The notes under the pieces are model-generated. The model searched no databases. It was not told the origin of the DNA and was given only the letters and a program-made list of their open reading frames with translations. Positions 29,462 through 39,637 of a DNA stretch of 64,000 bases are shown here, piece after piece. The first letter of the stretch is position 1, and each line of letters opens with the position of its first letter. Source of the DNA: an uncultured bacterium (GTDB taxonomy: Bacteria; Babelota; Babeliae; Babelales; Vermiphilaceae). The position numbers and the translations under genes were made by a program. The stretch is from positions 640,001 to 704,000 of the forward strand of contig OY970212.1 in assembly GCA_963713925.1 (NCBI GenBank), in the 5' to 3' direction.

Positions 29462-32026
29462 ATGACAAAACAAAAATTTTCTAATTGGATCAAGATTTCG
29501 GGGGCGCGTGAGCATAACCTGAAAAATGTATCCGTTTCCATTCCAAAAGACACATTAACGGTTGTGACTGGGCCATCAGGTTCGGGCAAAAGTTCGTTAG
29601 CTTTGGATATCCTGTATACCGAAGGAAAACGTCGGTATATGGAGTCTTTATCTTCCTATGCCCGTCAGTTTTTGGGTATTGTCAAAAAGCCTGAAGTTGA
29701 TCATATTGATGGCTTATGCCCGGCAATTGCCATTGAGCAAAAGACGGTTGGGTCAAACCCTCGATCGACGGTGGGCACCATCACTGAAATTTATGACTAT
29801 TTACGGGTGCTCTATGCGCGAGTAGGCACCGTTCATTGCCCTGAATGTTTCTCTCCAATTAAGGCTGAGTCTCCCGAGAGCATCACGAGCATGCTCATGA
29901 ACAGTTTTGAGGGCAGCACCATCACTATCGCTGCTCCCATTGCGCATCAGAAAAAGGGCGAATTCTTTAATGAATTAAGCGAACTATTCAAAAAAGGATA
30001 TTATCGATTCCGTATTGATGGGCAAAACCATCGCTTCCGATCAGAAGATGAGATTCGGGCATTAAAGCTACAAAAAACCTATAAACATACCATTGATCTA
30101 TTAATCGATTCACTTGAAGTGCAATCGGAAAAACGTTCACGCGTGCAAGAAGCGATTGAAACATCATTCAAGCTTGCAAACGGTATGTGTAAAATTATTG
30201 TCGGTCATGAAGAACATTTGTATTCTTCTGAACGTATGTGCCTCAACTGCGCCACCTCAATTCCAGAGCTCGAGCCGCGATCATTCTCATTCAACTCGCC
30301 TATTGGCGCCTGCTCGACATGCCATGGTCTTGGTATTATTCACGAATGGCCATGGAACCCGAATGATCCGGAAGCATGGAAAGCAAATTATCCCGATTTC
30401 TTTGGCAAATATGCGCAAGAAAAAAGTTGTTCAGCTTGTCATGGCAAGCGCTTAAATCCGTTTGCACTCGCAGTCACTGTTGGCGATAAAGATATTTCTG
30501 AAATGGGACAGATTTCCATCAAAGATATGATTCCCTTTATGCGAAAGCTGAAGTTATCGGCACAACAGCAAGAAATTGCAGCAGGGTTGTTGCATGAAAT
30601 TATCACCCGACTCACTTTTTTATATGATGTTGGCCTTGGGTACCTTAATTTAAATCGAAAAGCACGCACACTTTCAGGCGGAGAAGGGCAGCGCATTCGG
30701 CTTGCAACGCAAATCGGCTCAGCCTTGTCAGGAGTGCTCTATGTGCTTGATGAACCGAGCATCGGGTTACATCAACGCGATAACGATCGTTTGATCGCAA
30801 TGCTCAAAAAATTACGCGATCAGGGTAACACCGTGGTGGTCGTTGAACATGATATGGATACCATGATGCAATCGGATTATTTAATTGATATGGGTCCGGC
30901 AGCGGGTGTGTTGGGCGGGCAAGTGACTGCGGTCGGAACACCGGCAGAGCTTGTGGCAAATCCAAAATCATTAACCGGGCAATATTTGAGTGGCAAGCGC
31001 GGAATCGCGGTGCCAAAAAAATTACGTACGCCAACCGGCTACATGACGCTTTCGCATGCGAGCAAAAATAACTTAAAAGACGTAACGGTAAAGTTTCCGC
31101 TCGGAGTCATGTGCGGGATTTCCGGAGTTTCCGGCTCGGGCAAGAGTACGCTTATTATGCAAGAGCTGGTGCCCGCGGTCACTCGTGAACTTGAAGGGGC
31201 AAAAGGAATAGATGCCCATTCAGATTTAACGGGCGCTGACAATCTTGAGCATATGGTCGTTATTGATCAGACGCCGATTGGCAGAACGCCTCGCTCAAAC
31301 CCGGCAACCTATTTAGGCATTTTTGACGAGATTCGAAAATTATTTGCAGCGCTTCCTGAAAGCCAGGCTCGCGGATACAAAGTCGGTCGCTTCAGCTTCA
31401 ACGTTGCTGAAGGGCGTTGTTACGAATGTAATGGTGACGGCATCATCAAAGTGACCATGCATTTCTTGCCGGAAGTCACCATGGTGTGCAAATCATGCAA
31501 CGGTGCACGCTACAATAAAGAAACGCTCAGCGTTACCTACAAAGGCAAAAATATTGCGCAAGTGCTTGATATGACTGCCTATGAAGCAAAAAGCTTCTTC
31601 GATGCGCATTTGACGATTGCAAAACGACTCAACCTGATGTGTGAAGTCGGGCTCGATTATGTCAAACTCGGCCAACCGTCAACCACATTGTCTGGCGGTG
31701 AAGCGCAGCGTATCAAACTCGTCGACGAGCTTGCAAAGCGCGGAAGATCGACGCTCTATATTCTCGATGAGCCGACAACCGGATTGCACACAAGCGATAT
31801 TGAAAAGTTGCTCCAAGTGCTTAATACCTTGATCAACAAAGGTAACTCAATGATCATTATTGAGCATAACATTGATGTGCTCAAAACGGTTGATTATCTG
31901 ATCGATATGGGCCCTGAAGGCGGCGAGCTCGGAGGAACGGTCGTTGCACAAGGAACTCCGGCCAAGGTGGCGCAGTCTAAAGAAAGTTGGACGGGGAAAT
32001 ATTTGAAGCCGTTTTTTAAGAGCTGA
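29462..32026 (+). CDS. uvrA: Excinuclease ABC subunit A (compact form)
   Basis: GAREHNLKNV, two Walker A motifs, two LSGGE.QRI signatures and zinc-finger Cys pairs. Confidence 0.97.
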   Translation: MTKQKFSNWIKISGAREHNLKNVSVSIPKDTLTVVTGPSGSGKSSLALDILYTEGKRRYMESLSSYARQFLGIVKKPEVDHIDGLCPAIAIEQKTVGSNPRSTVGTITEIYDYLRVLYARVGTVHCPECFSPIKAESPESITSMLMNSFEGSTITIAAPIAHQKKGEFFNELSELFKKGYYRFRIDGQNHRFRSEDEIRALKLQKTYKHTIDLLIDSLEVQSEKRSRVQEAIETSFKLANGMCKIIVGHEEHLYSSERMCLNCATSIPELEPRSFSFNSPIGACSTCHGLGIIHEWPWNPNDPEAWKANYPDFFGKYAQEKSCSACHGKRLNPFALAVTVGDKDISEMGQISIKDMIPFMRKLKLSAQQQEIAAGLLHEIITRLTFLYDVGLGYLNLNRKARTLSGGEGQRIRLATQIGSALSGVLYVLDEPSIGLHQRDNDRLIAMLKKLRDQGNTVVVVEHDMDTMMQSDYLIDMGPAAGVLGGQVTAVGTPAELVANPKSLTGQYLSGKRGIAVPKKLRTPTGYMTLSHASKNNLKDVTVKFPLGVMCGISGVSGSGKSTLIMQELVPAVTRELEGAKGIDAHSDLTGADNLEHMVVIDQTPIGRTPRSNPATYLGIFDEIRKLFAALPESQARGYKVGRFSFNVAEGRCYECNGDGIIKVTMHFLPEVTMVCKSCNGARYNKETLSVTYKGKNIAQVLDMTAYEAKSFFDAHLTIAKRLNLMCEVGLDYVKLGQPSTTLSGGEAQRIKLVDELAKRGRSTLYILDEPTTGLHTSDIEKLLQVLNTLINKGNSMIIIEHNIDVLKTVDYLIDMGPEGGELGGTVVAQGTPAKVAQSKESWTGKYLKPFFKS

Positions 32027-32042
32027 TTTTTTTGGAGGTTTC

Positions 32043-33056
32043 ATGAATAAGCTAGTTAAATATATATTTTTTTCTTGTTTCGTAACAAACATTCCTGCGC
32101 ATGCTTTTTGGCATGAGGTTCAGCGTGGAGTTGCAGAGTTGCAATCGAAACGGCTTAGAGATGAAGTAGCTCAATCAGATTCATTTACTATGACAATACA
32201 TCGCGTCTCTAAACCGATAGAGCAATGGGTTACACAAGCAGTGAATTCTTTCGGTGTCTCGGGAAATATTGATACATATGTTGATTCAACTGCTGAGTTT
32301 GCGTCAGCTCATGGAGCCAGGTCTGTTCGTGTGAGTCCTAATATAGCATCATTCATTGCGCTTGATGCAGCAAAACAAAATAATCCAAAATTGTGGTACC
32401 CATGGTCCAAAAAAAGCAACATTCAATGCATAGACCATAATAATCGAGACTTATCTTCATCTCATCTGTTTTTTCAAAGCAACCAATTTAAATCGGCATT
32501 TAGTAAAAAATATCTCGTCAAATTTGGAGATATTGATCAGCGATCACTGATACGTGGTATCCTTGCGCATGAAGCAGGCCATTTAAAACATTATGATTCA
32601 GCGTCGATTTTGCTCACGGTTGCGCAAAGCTTAACAGGGGGAACCATAGCCCTTATTAAATTAGGGGTTTTGATAGTGGGAGGAAGCTTTGTGACCGGGA
32701 TTGGAGCAACGAAATGTATGGAAAGTAAAGATGATAAAGTACAAATCGGAGCTGTGGGAGCGATTTTGGGCGCTATGACTGGGTTTGGTATAGCTGAGGT
32801 CTCATCAGGCCTTTGTAATTTGAAATTGAAAGCTACTGAGCGCGCTGCTGATGCAAATGTTCCGAACGATCCTGAACTTCTTTTTGCAAACTATCAATGG
32901 CTTAATCAAAATCCTTCTAACGCAGAGGATCGGGATTACCGAAAAGTCGGTGGTTTTTTTGATTTAAGTAATCATCCATCAGATCAAGAACGAGCTGCAT
33001 ATTTCAAAAAGCGATATGAAGAGTATATGAAGAATAATTCTGCAGAATCAAAATAA
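32043..33056 (+). CDS. M48-like zinc metalloprotease
   Basis: GILAHEAGH, ERAAD and HPS..ER motifs. Confidence 0.8.
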   Translation: MNKLVKYIFFSCFVTNIPAHAFWHEVQRGVAELQSKRLRDEVAQSDSFTMTIHRVSKPIEQWVTQAVNSFGVSGNIDTYVDSTAEFASAHGARSVRVSPNIASFIALDAAKQNNPKLWYPWSKKSNIQCIDHNNRDLSSSHLFFQSNQFKSAFSKKYLVKFGDIDQRSLIRGILAHEAGHLKHYDSASILLTVAQSLTGGTIALIKLGVLIVGGSFVTGIGATKCMESKDDKVQIGAVGAILGAMTGFGIAEVSSGLCNLKLKATERAADANVPNDPELLFANYQWLNQNPSNAEDRDYRKVGGFFDLSNHPSDQERAAYFKKRYEEYMKNNSAESK

Positions 33057-33077
33057 TTCGATTTCAAAGTTAATGTA

Positions 33078-33121
33078 AAAAAACTTTTAAGTCTCTATAA
33101 AACGGGACTTAAAAGTTTTTT
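33078..33121. terminator. Bidirectional hairpin terminator
   Basis: AAAAAAACTTTTAAGTC...GACTTAAAAGTTTTTT. Confidence 0.6.
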
Positions 33122-33174
33122 ACGTTATGATACCATTAATGCATCGTATTACAATGTAAAAAAAGGTATTTCTT

Positions 33175-33939
33175 GTGTTATTCATAATCCTAATCGCCTT
33201 TATGGCATGTGGCGGAGCGAATGCAATTAGTAGAGAAGATGTTGTTGAGCAGGAATGCGTTAAGGCATATGAGAGTGCCAAAAGCATGTCTCGCACGAAC
33301 AAACTACAGCGTGGTGCGATTGTGCTAACGGTGAGCGGAAGCATCTTGTATCTTGCGTATCGCGTTTTGAACCATAAATCTGAAACTGATCGAGAAACCG
33401 GGACGCTGTTGCATCCATCATTTGCAACTTTAGGGTGGTGGTATAAAATTGGCGTTTTATCGCGAGATCTTTTTATCGCTATGGCCTGTGCTGATGGCGG
33501 CATTATGTGCGCGCGCAGCTTTCTGAAATCTTTTTTTCATTCGGGCGATTTGCAATGGTTTGTTACGACGCATGCGAACATATATGAAACCTACAAACAG
33601 CTTGAAAGATTAAGAGGGAAAGAGGGCGATTACATTGAGAGCATGCGCTGTATGTATGCACAAGCACTATTTAAAGAACTAGTCGCTATTGATGGCTTTA
33701 TTCGATACAAAATAGAGCAACTGTATAAGCAGGGAGATCGATATGCACAACAGCTTGAAACTCGATTGAAGCGAAGCATCACGCATATATTATATATGAT
33801 TTCTGACCAGCAAGTGCGTGATATTTCAAAAGAATGGGAATTTATTGATTCAGTGTGCATCAATTTTGCTCAATGGGAATATTATCAAATGGCATCGTTA
33901 GAAGACCGTGGCCCATCGTCTCATTTATGGATGGAATGA
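33175..33939 (+). CDS. Hypothetical membrane protein
   Basis: 254-aa ORF with signal/TM segments; GTG start uncertain. Confidence 0.6.
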   Translation: MLFIILIAFMACGGANAISREDVVEQECVKAYESAKSMSRTNKLQRGAIVLTVSGSILYLAYRVLNHKSETDRETGTLLHPSFATLGWWYKIGVLSRDLFIAMACADGGIMCARSFLKSFFHSGDLQWFVTTHANIYETYKQLERLRGKEGDYIESMRCMYAQALFKELVAIDGFIRYKIEQLYKQGDRYAQQLETRLKRSITHILYMISDQQVRDISKEWEFIDSVCINFAQWEYYQMASLEDRGPSSHLWME

Positions 33940-33942
33940 AAA

Positions 33943-34332
33943 ATGAACAAGACAGATTCTCTGCAAGCGCTTGTTACGCGTATTGACACATTTATGAAAG
34001 AGCGCACGTGGCGAGCGTTTCATGATCAACAAAGCATGCTCATGGCTTTATCGGTGGAAGTCGGTGAACTTATGGAGCATTTTTTGTGGCATAAAAAAGA
34101 AGATTTGCCGCGTGTGATGCGCGACAAGAAAGAACTGATTTCGCACGAATTTGCTGATGTATTTGTTGCATTGATAGAATTCGCACTGATTAGTGATATT
34201 TCTATAGAGCAATCGGTTGAGCAAAAGCTTGCCATTTTAGAGAAAAGATACCCTGCGAAAGAAGTATCAGATATGAACCCTGATCAGTTGCGTTCTTATA
34301 AAGAAAAAAGAAAAAAAGACGGATACAAATAA
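33943..34332 (+). CDS. MazG-like nucleotide pyrophosphohydrolase
   Basis: ERTW..FH...ALSVEVGELMEHFLW...EFADV...K...RYP. Confidence 0.88.
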   Translation: MNKTDSLQALVTRIDTFMKERTWRAFHDQQSMLMALSVEVGELMEHFLWHKKEDLPRVMRDKKELISHEFADVFVALIEFALISDISIEQSVEQKLAILEKRYPAKEVSDMNPDQLRSYKEKRKKDGYK

Positions 34333-34336
34333 GGAG

Positions 34337-34558
34337 GTTCGAATGGTTCGACTTCACTACGTTTTAACCCCAATCTACGCTACGCTACGATCGGAGACCC
34401 CGTTACGCTCACCACGAACGCGGTTTAGTCTCCATTTGTTTGATATTGATCAAAATCCGTGCAGGCAATTTCCGAGAAAAAACGAATTTTCTCTAGGGAA
34501 TATGCGATAATCCCTCCGTTCGTGGTGAGCGGAGTGCAACGAGTCGAACCATTCGAAC
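34337..34558. repeat. Inverted REP-like pair (family C) with a family A unit inserted in the left arm
   Basis: GTTCGAATGGTTCGACT..CGCTCACCACGAACG is inverted to CGTTCGTGGTGAGCG..AGTCGAACCATTCGAAC. Confidence 0.75.
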
Positions 34559-34606
34559 GTACGAAAAAGATGTTGAATCTTGAGAAATATTTTAAAATAG
34601 GATCAC

Positions 34607-37195
34607 ATGCTCGAACAATTGCAACAAGCTGAATACACGCCCTTAATGAAGCAGTATTTTCAGATTAAAAATGAGTTTCCCGATGCGCTTCTTTTTTTCC
34701 AAGTCGGTGATTTTTATGAGCTCTTTTTTCAAGACGCAGTCACCGCATCTTCGTTTCTGGGCATCGCGCTCACCAAACGTGGAAAAATAAATGGCGAACC
34801 GATTCCTTTGTGCGGTGTGCCGATTCATGCATTAGATCATTATTTGACCAAACTTGTTAAAGCGGGATATAAAATTGCACTGTGTGACCAGCTTGAGCCG
34901 GCGGTTGCCGGAAAGGTGGTTTCCCGCGGCGTTACGAAAGTTTTGACTCCCGCGACAGTAACGCAAGATACATTGCTTGATGCAAAAAGTGCTTCCTATT
35001 TGCTTTCATGCGCGACTGAGAATGGTCAGTGTGCACTGGTGTTCGCAGAACTGCTTACCGCGCAATTATATGCGACAGCCATTCCGGTTGATCAATTGAA
35101 GACGATTGAAGCAGAACTTTCCCGCTTTTTCCCCAGTGAAGTGGTGATTGATCAGAATGATCAATCAGATTTGAAATCATACTTTAAACGCATGGGATAT
35201 TTTGTATCAACCGTCGACAAGGCGACTGTCGATGAGCAGAAATCAGATGGATGGAAGACGCAATTAAAAGGCGTTTCCAATGATCTTTCAATCGAACGTA
35301 AAAATGCGTTTGATGTCGCTCTTTCCGCTTTTTATGCTTACATGAGCAAAAATCAACAAAGCGCGATTGATCAATTTCGCCTCATTAATTGGTACGAATC
35401 TGATGATTTTCTCATTCTGGATGCACCGACGGTGCGCAATTTAGAGCTTGTGGCAAATAATCATGATGGCAGTAGTAAGAACTCATTGTTCAGTGTTCTT
35501 GACCATGCATGCACCCCAATGGGCTCTCGCATGATCAAAAAATGGATTTTGCGCCCGTTGACTGCTCGTGAACCGATTCTGCAGCGGCAAGCAATTGTGC
35601 AGCAGTATGTTCAAAATTCGCAGTTGTGTGAAGCGACACGAAACGTGTTACTTCATATTGGAGACCTTGAGCGCATTGTCGGACGAATGGCGCTTTATCG
35701 ATCACCACTGTCAGATTATCGATCATTACTTGATATCCTGCGCGTGTTGCCCGAATGTGTGAGCATCACCAAAAGCCTTGAGCATTTGCCACTCATGAAG
35801 GTCATCAGATCATACATCAGTGATTTTGCACAACTGCATGAGCTTCTTGAGCGTGCGATAAATATTGATCCAATGCATGAGTGGATGATTAAAGCGGGAT
35901 TTGATGCGACGCTTGATAGTTATCGTGAACTCATTGCTCATGCACATGAAAAAATTGTTGATCTTGAACGGGCCGAACAGGGGCGGCTTGGCATCAATTC
36001 GCTCAAAATCAGATACAATCAAGTTACGGGTTATAGCATAGAGATTACCAAAACACATCTTGAAAAAATTCCCGATGATTACAAACGATTGCAAACATTA
36101 GTCGGCAAAGAGCGTTACATCACGCCTGCGCTTGCGCAATTGCAGCACGATATTAATGCCGCACGCAATAGCATTGAACAGCTGGAAAAAGAATTATTCG
36201 ACTCAGTCAAGCGATCAGTGGCTGCGCAAAGTTCGCGTCTGCGTAAATGTGCGCATGCATTGGCACATTTGGATGCGCTGATTTCATTTGCTGACTCGGC
36301 ATATCATCAGGGCTATGTGTGTCCGACATTTATTTCTGAAAAAAGGTTTTCAATCGTGGGTGGCAAACATCCACTTCTCTCGCAAACATTGAGCCATAGC
36401 TTTATTGCCAATGACACGGAGCTCGATGCGCTTCAGGCGATTCATATCATCACGGGGCCTAACATGGGCGGTAAATCGACCTATTTGCGCCAAACGGCAC
36501 TCATTGCCATCATGGCACATACGGGTAGTTTTGTGCCGGCATCAAGCTGTGAGCTCTCCTTGATCGATCGTATTTTCACTCGAATTGGCTCAGGGGATAA
36601 CTTGGCACAAGGAAAGAGCACATTCTTGGTTGAGATGGAAGAAACGGCAACGATTTGCACGCAAGCAACAGCCCGCTCGCTGGTGATTCTTGATGAGGTC
36701 GGTCGCGGCACCAGCACCTTTGATGGACTTGCTCTCGCACAAGCGATTGTTGAATTTTTAAGCGAGCGTGCAGTGTCGACATTATTTGCGACACATTATC
36801 ATGAATTAGCACTTTTAGAAAAGACACGCCCGGGCATCGTGAGCTTCCATGCTGCATGCAAAAAAGCTGATAGAGGCATTTTGTTTTTACATAAAATTGT
36901 CAAAGGGGTGGGCGACGGGAGCTTTGGAATTGAAGTTGCCAAACTTGCCAATGTGCCGGAAGCTATTATTGAGCGCGCACAAGAAATTGCGCTGTCGCTA
37001 GAAATGACGCCAACACATTCTTATCAACCGGCACAGCGAGACGTGCCGAATAGCGAATCGGGAATGCATCAAAAAGAATTAGAATCTCGATTGAAAGCTT
37101 ATGAAGACAAGTTGGCAATATTTAATAGTATCAACATTGATGATTTATCCCCACGTCAGGCTTTTGATTTGGTACTAAAAATAAAAGCGATGTAA
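34607..37195 (+). CDS. mutS: DNA mismatch repair protein MutS
   Basis: TPLMKQY, GDFYELF, TGPNMGGKSTYLRQ, STFLVEM, DEVGRGT and FATHYHEL. Confidence 0.97.
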   Translation: MLEQLQQAEYTPLMKQYFQIKNEFPDALLFFQVGDFYELFFQDAVTASSFLGIALTKRGKINGEPIPLCGVPIHALDHYLTKLVKAGYKIALCDQLEPAVAGKVVSRGVTKVLTPATVTQDTLLDAKSASYLLSCATENGQCALVFAELLTAQLYATAIPVDQLKTIEAELSRFFPSEVVIDQNDQSDLKSYFKRMGYFVSTVDKATVDEQKSDGWKTQLKGVSNDLSIERKNAFDVALSAFYAYMSKNQQSAIDQFRLINWYESDDFLILDAPTVRNLELVANNHDGSSKNSLFSVLDHACTPMGSRMIKKWILRPLTAREPILQRQAIVQQYVQNSQLCEATRNVLLHIGDLERIVGRMALYRSPLSDYRSLLDILRVLPECVSITKSLEHLPLMKVIRSYISDFAQLHELLERAINIDPMHEWMIKAGFDATLDSYRELIAHAHEKIVDLERAEQGRLGINSLKIRYNQVTGYSIEITKTHLEKIPDDYKRLQTLVGKERYITPALAQLQHDINAARNSIEQLEKELFDSVKRSVAAQSSRLRKCAHALAHLDALISFADSAYHQGYVCPTFISEKRFSIVGGKHPLLSQTLSHSFIANDTELDALQAIHIITGPNMGGKSTYLRQTALIAIMAHTGSFVPASSCELSLIDRIFTRIGSGDNLAQGKSTFLVEMEETATICTQATARSLVILDEVGRGTSTFDGLALAQAIVEFLSERAVSTLFATHYHELALLEKTRPGIVSFHAACKKADRGILFLHKIVKGVGDGSFGIEVAKLANVPEAIIERAQEIALSLEMTPTHSYQPAQRDVPNSESGMHQKELESRLKAYEDKLAIFNSINIDDLSPRQAFDLVLKIKAM

Positions 37196-37214
37196 TTATT
37201 TTGCAATAATGGTT

Positions 37215-38255
37215 CTAGTGTAGATCTATTTTATGAATAGTTACTCTATTATGGCCGTAATTGCAAACCGCTAAATAGTTCCCGTCAGGAGAAATTGAAA
37301 AGCCATGAGGGAAGCTCAATTGGGCATCCGGATTAGTCAGCGCACATTCCTTATGGAGTATATGACCGGTACTTGAATCAAAAGCATATACCACGATTGA
37401 ATCATTTCCTTGATTTGAGATAAAGATATGAGATCCGTTTGGATGAAATGCAATATTTTCCGGCACATCAAGATCCAAGGATTGAGAATAAAAGACGGGT
37501 TGAGGATTGAGAGATCCGCCCTGAGCATCAAACTTGAACGTTGCAACAGCTGCAATCGTATTGTTAGCAATAGTGCTTGCCCGTAAAGAATAGACTGCTG
37601 CTAGATAACGAGAATCAGGCGAGAAGTCTATGCCTTTGGGTTTCAGGGGATAAAAAACATTTTCCAAAGATGAGCAGAACTCAAAATTATCAGTTCCCTC
37701 TTTCTTTTTACACATATGTATGTAACCGGGTCTATTAATAGTGGTGTATGCCAAGAATTGGCAACTCGGAGAAAATCTAACGCCATGGGTGTTATATTCG
37801 CCATTTATCCCCTGTATAGTTTTTAAAAAATGTAATTGACTATCAGGACTGAGCGAATAGAGGTTTATTTTTGCACGGCTTTCTTTGAGTGGCACGTGAT
37901 CATACAAACTAACAGCATAATATTTTTTATCTTTTGATACATGATCCAGTTCAGGATTACCATTTAGATTTTGCATGACTTGTACAATTTCTGCATGAGA
38001 GCCATTAATGCGATATACATAAATCGATTTATCATAGAGGTTTGAAATAATTAACGTATGTTCGTCAAACCAACTTACACTCGTGCAGGTAGAATATCTT
38101 GATTTGCTTTCTTTAACCTGTAAGCGAAAATCAGAACTAATATTTTCCATCGTGCTGGCGGGCAGAGTGATGGAAAATAATGGTTTGTTATCTATGGTTA
38201 AGCAGTTAATAAAATTACACGCAAACAGGCTTACTATAATCATTTTATTGTTCAT
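37215..38255 (-). CDS. Lactonase-like beta-propeller protein
   Basis: HGVRFSP, PKGIDFSPD, PENIAFHPNG and PHGFSISPDG repeats. Confidence 0.8.
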   Translation of the reverse strand: MNNKMIIVSLFACNFINCLTIDNKPLFSITLPASTMENISSDFRLQVKESKSRYSTCTSVSWFDEHTLIISNLYDKSIYVYRINGSHAEIVQVMQNLNGNPELDHVSKDKKYYAVSLYDHVPLKESRAKINLYSLSPDSQLHFLKTIQGINGEYNTHGVRFSPSCQFLAYTTINRPGYIHMCKKKEGTDNFEFCSSLENVFYPLKPKGIDFSPDSRYLAAVYSLRASTIANNTIAAVATFKFDAQGGSLNPQPVFYSQSLDLDVPENIAFHPNGSHIFISNQGNDSIVVYAFDSSTGHILHKECALTNPDAQLSFPHGFSISPDGNYLAVCNYGHNRVTIHKIDLH

Positions 38256-38472
38256 ACAATTCTCTTTTTTTAAGCAGATCGTTAAAAAATTTATCTGGCA
38301 TTCGCTTGTTCTCGATCGAATTAGGATTCTTTTCTAAAAATTTTTTAAATGTAACTTCGATTTGAGCATAGCAAACAATTTTTTGAGAGCCAATCCCGTA
38401 TTTTGGATAAGAGCTTATACGAAAATTAAGCTTTCTAGCTAAAAAGTAATTGTGTTAAAAGTCAATTAATTT

Positions 38473-39414
38473 TTAAGCACTACATACTTCGCCCTTTTTC
38501 AAGATAACATTTGCAATGATGATCAGCTTTCGCATTACTGCAACAATAGCTACTTTAAAGCTTTTTTTGTTTGCTATTAGTCGATCATAAAAGGATTTTA
38601 AAGGAGCATAATACTTAATAGTCGTTATAGCACACATATATAATGCATTTCGAGGAATAATCCTACCGCCTTGAATGAACCGTTTGCCTGTATAGTTGCC
38701 ACTTTCTCGATCGTAAGGACAAACTCCGACAAGGGCTGCTATTTCATTATTGCTTACAGATCCAAGTTCAGGCACAAACGAAATCAATATCGCGGCCGAA
38801 GATTTACCGATTCCCGGGATTGATTCCAAAAGCTCTGTCCGTTTCTGCAGTACCGCATCTTGATCAATCAATTCTTCAATTTGTTCATCCAAAGCCTTGA
38901 TCTCTTTATTTAAAAAGAGGATCATTCTTTCGATACTTGAAACACCGAGTGCATGCGAGGGGTGTTTAAGTCGAGTTTTTTCAGTTGCCAAAAATTTGGT
39001 CAAATCCTGCTTTCGATTAACCAAAGATAGCAATGTTTCTTGGTTATGAGTTCTGCTGACTGGCTCATAATCTTGAGAATTCTTCGATGCAAATTCAGCA
39101 ATTTTTTGTGCGTCTATTTTGTCTGTTTTGCTTTTGCAACCAGTTGCGATTATAAAACCCTTTATCCTCCGTGGATCAACTATCCAACAACTATAGGAAT
39201 GTTCCTGTAATACCCGAGTAAGCAATTTTTCGTAACCACCGGTTGCCTCACATGCAATTTGCTTAATACTGTAATTGGATAATTGCTTCACAAACTTTTT
39301 TATTCCGCTTTCTGTATTGGGTATTTTAACCCATTGCTTCAACGGATGAATAAAAATGTCCAAATTGTTCTTTGAAATATCGACGCCGATAAATACTTCT
39401 GGTAGGGTAATCAT
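38473..39414 (-). CDS. IS110 family DEDD recombinase/transposase
   Basis: FIGVDISK, CEATGGY, KTDKIDA (RuvC-like DEDD), SIPGIG and P..RESG catalytic Ser. Confidence 0.96.
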   Translation of the reverse strand: MITLPEVFIGVDISKNNLDIFIHPLKQWVKIPNTESGIKKFVKQLSNYSIKQIACEATGGYEKLLTRVLQEHSYSCWIVDPRRIKGFIIATGCKSKTDKIDAQKIAEFASKNSQDYEPVSRTHNQETLLSLVNRKQDLTKFLATEKTRLKHPSHALGVSSIERMILFLNKEIKALDEQIEELIDQDAVLQKRTELLESIPGIGKSSAAILISFVPELGSVSNNEIAALVGVCPYDRESGNYTGKRFIQGGRIIPRNALYMCAITTIKYYAPLKSFYDRLIANKKSFKVAIVAVMRKLIIIANVILKKGEVCSA

Positions 39415-39625
39415 AAATACCTCATCCTTGTAAACATTCGAGGTCGTATTAATACGCCTCTAGTAATTGTTCGAGGTAATTTCGTATAAGCTGATAGTCT
39501 CAAACTTTTTAGCAATCGATTACGATTAGGGTTGGCGCGAGCTCTATCAGCTTTTCCCGAGCAACTAATTTGTGAAACAATATACCGATCACAAATTAAT
39601 ACATTATCTATCAAAATTTGAATCA
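39415..39625 (-). ncRNA. Predicted bridge RNA (5' hairpin, target-binding loop, donor-binding loop)
   Basis: Guides match the target (39528-39535, 39505-39513) and donor (39462-39470, 39427-39432) and each pair is enclosed by stems; ends approximate. Confidence 0.88.
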
Positions 39626-39631
39626 ATTTTT

Positions 39632-39637
39632 AACATA
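39632..39637 (-). promoter_or_regulatory. -10 box (TATGTT) of the circle-junction promoter; -35 TTGACT at 38460-38465
   Basis: Joining the two ends gives TTGACT-17 bp-TATGTT. Confidence 0.75.

Noticed and set aside
39411..39626. 71-aa ORF upstream of the IS110 recombinase
   Set aside because: It coincides with the structured bridge RNA, has a TTG start at the predicted transcription start and has no recognisable motif.
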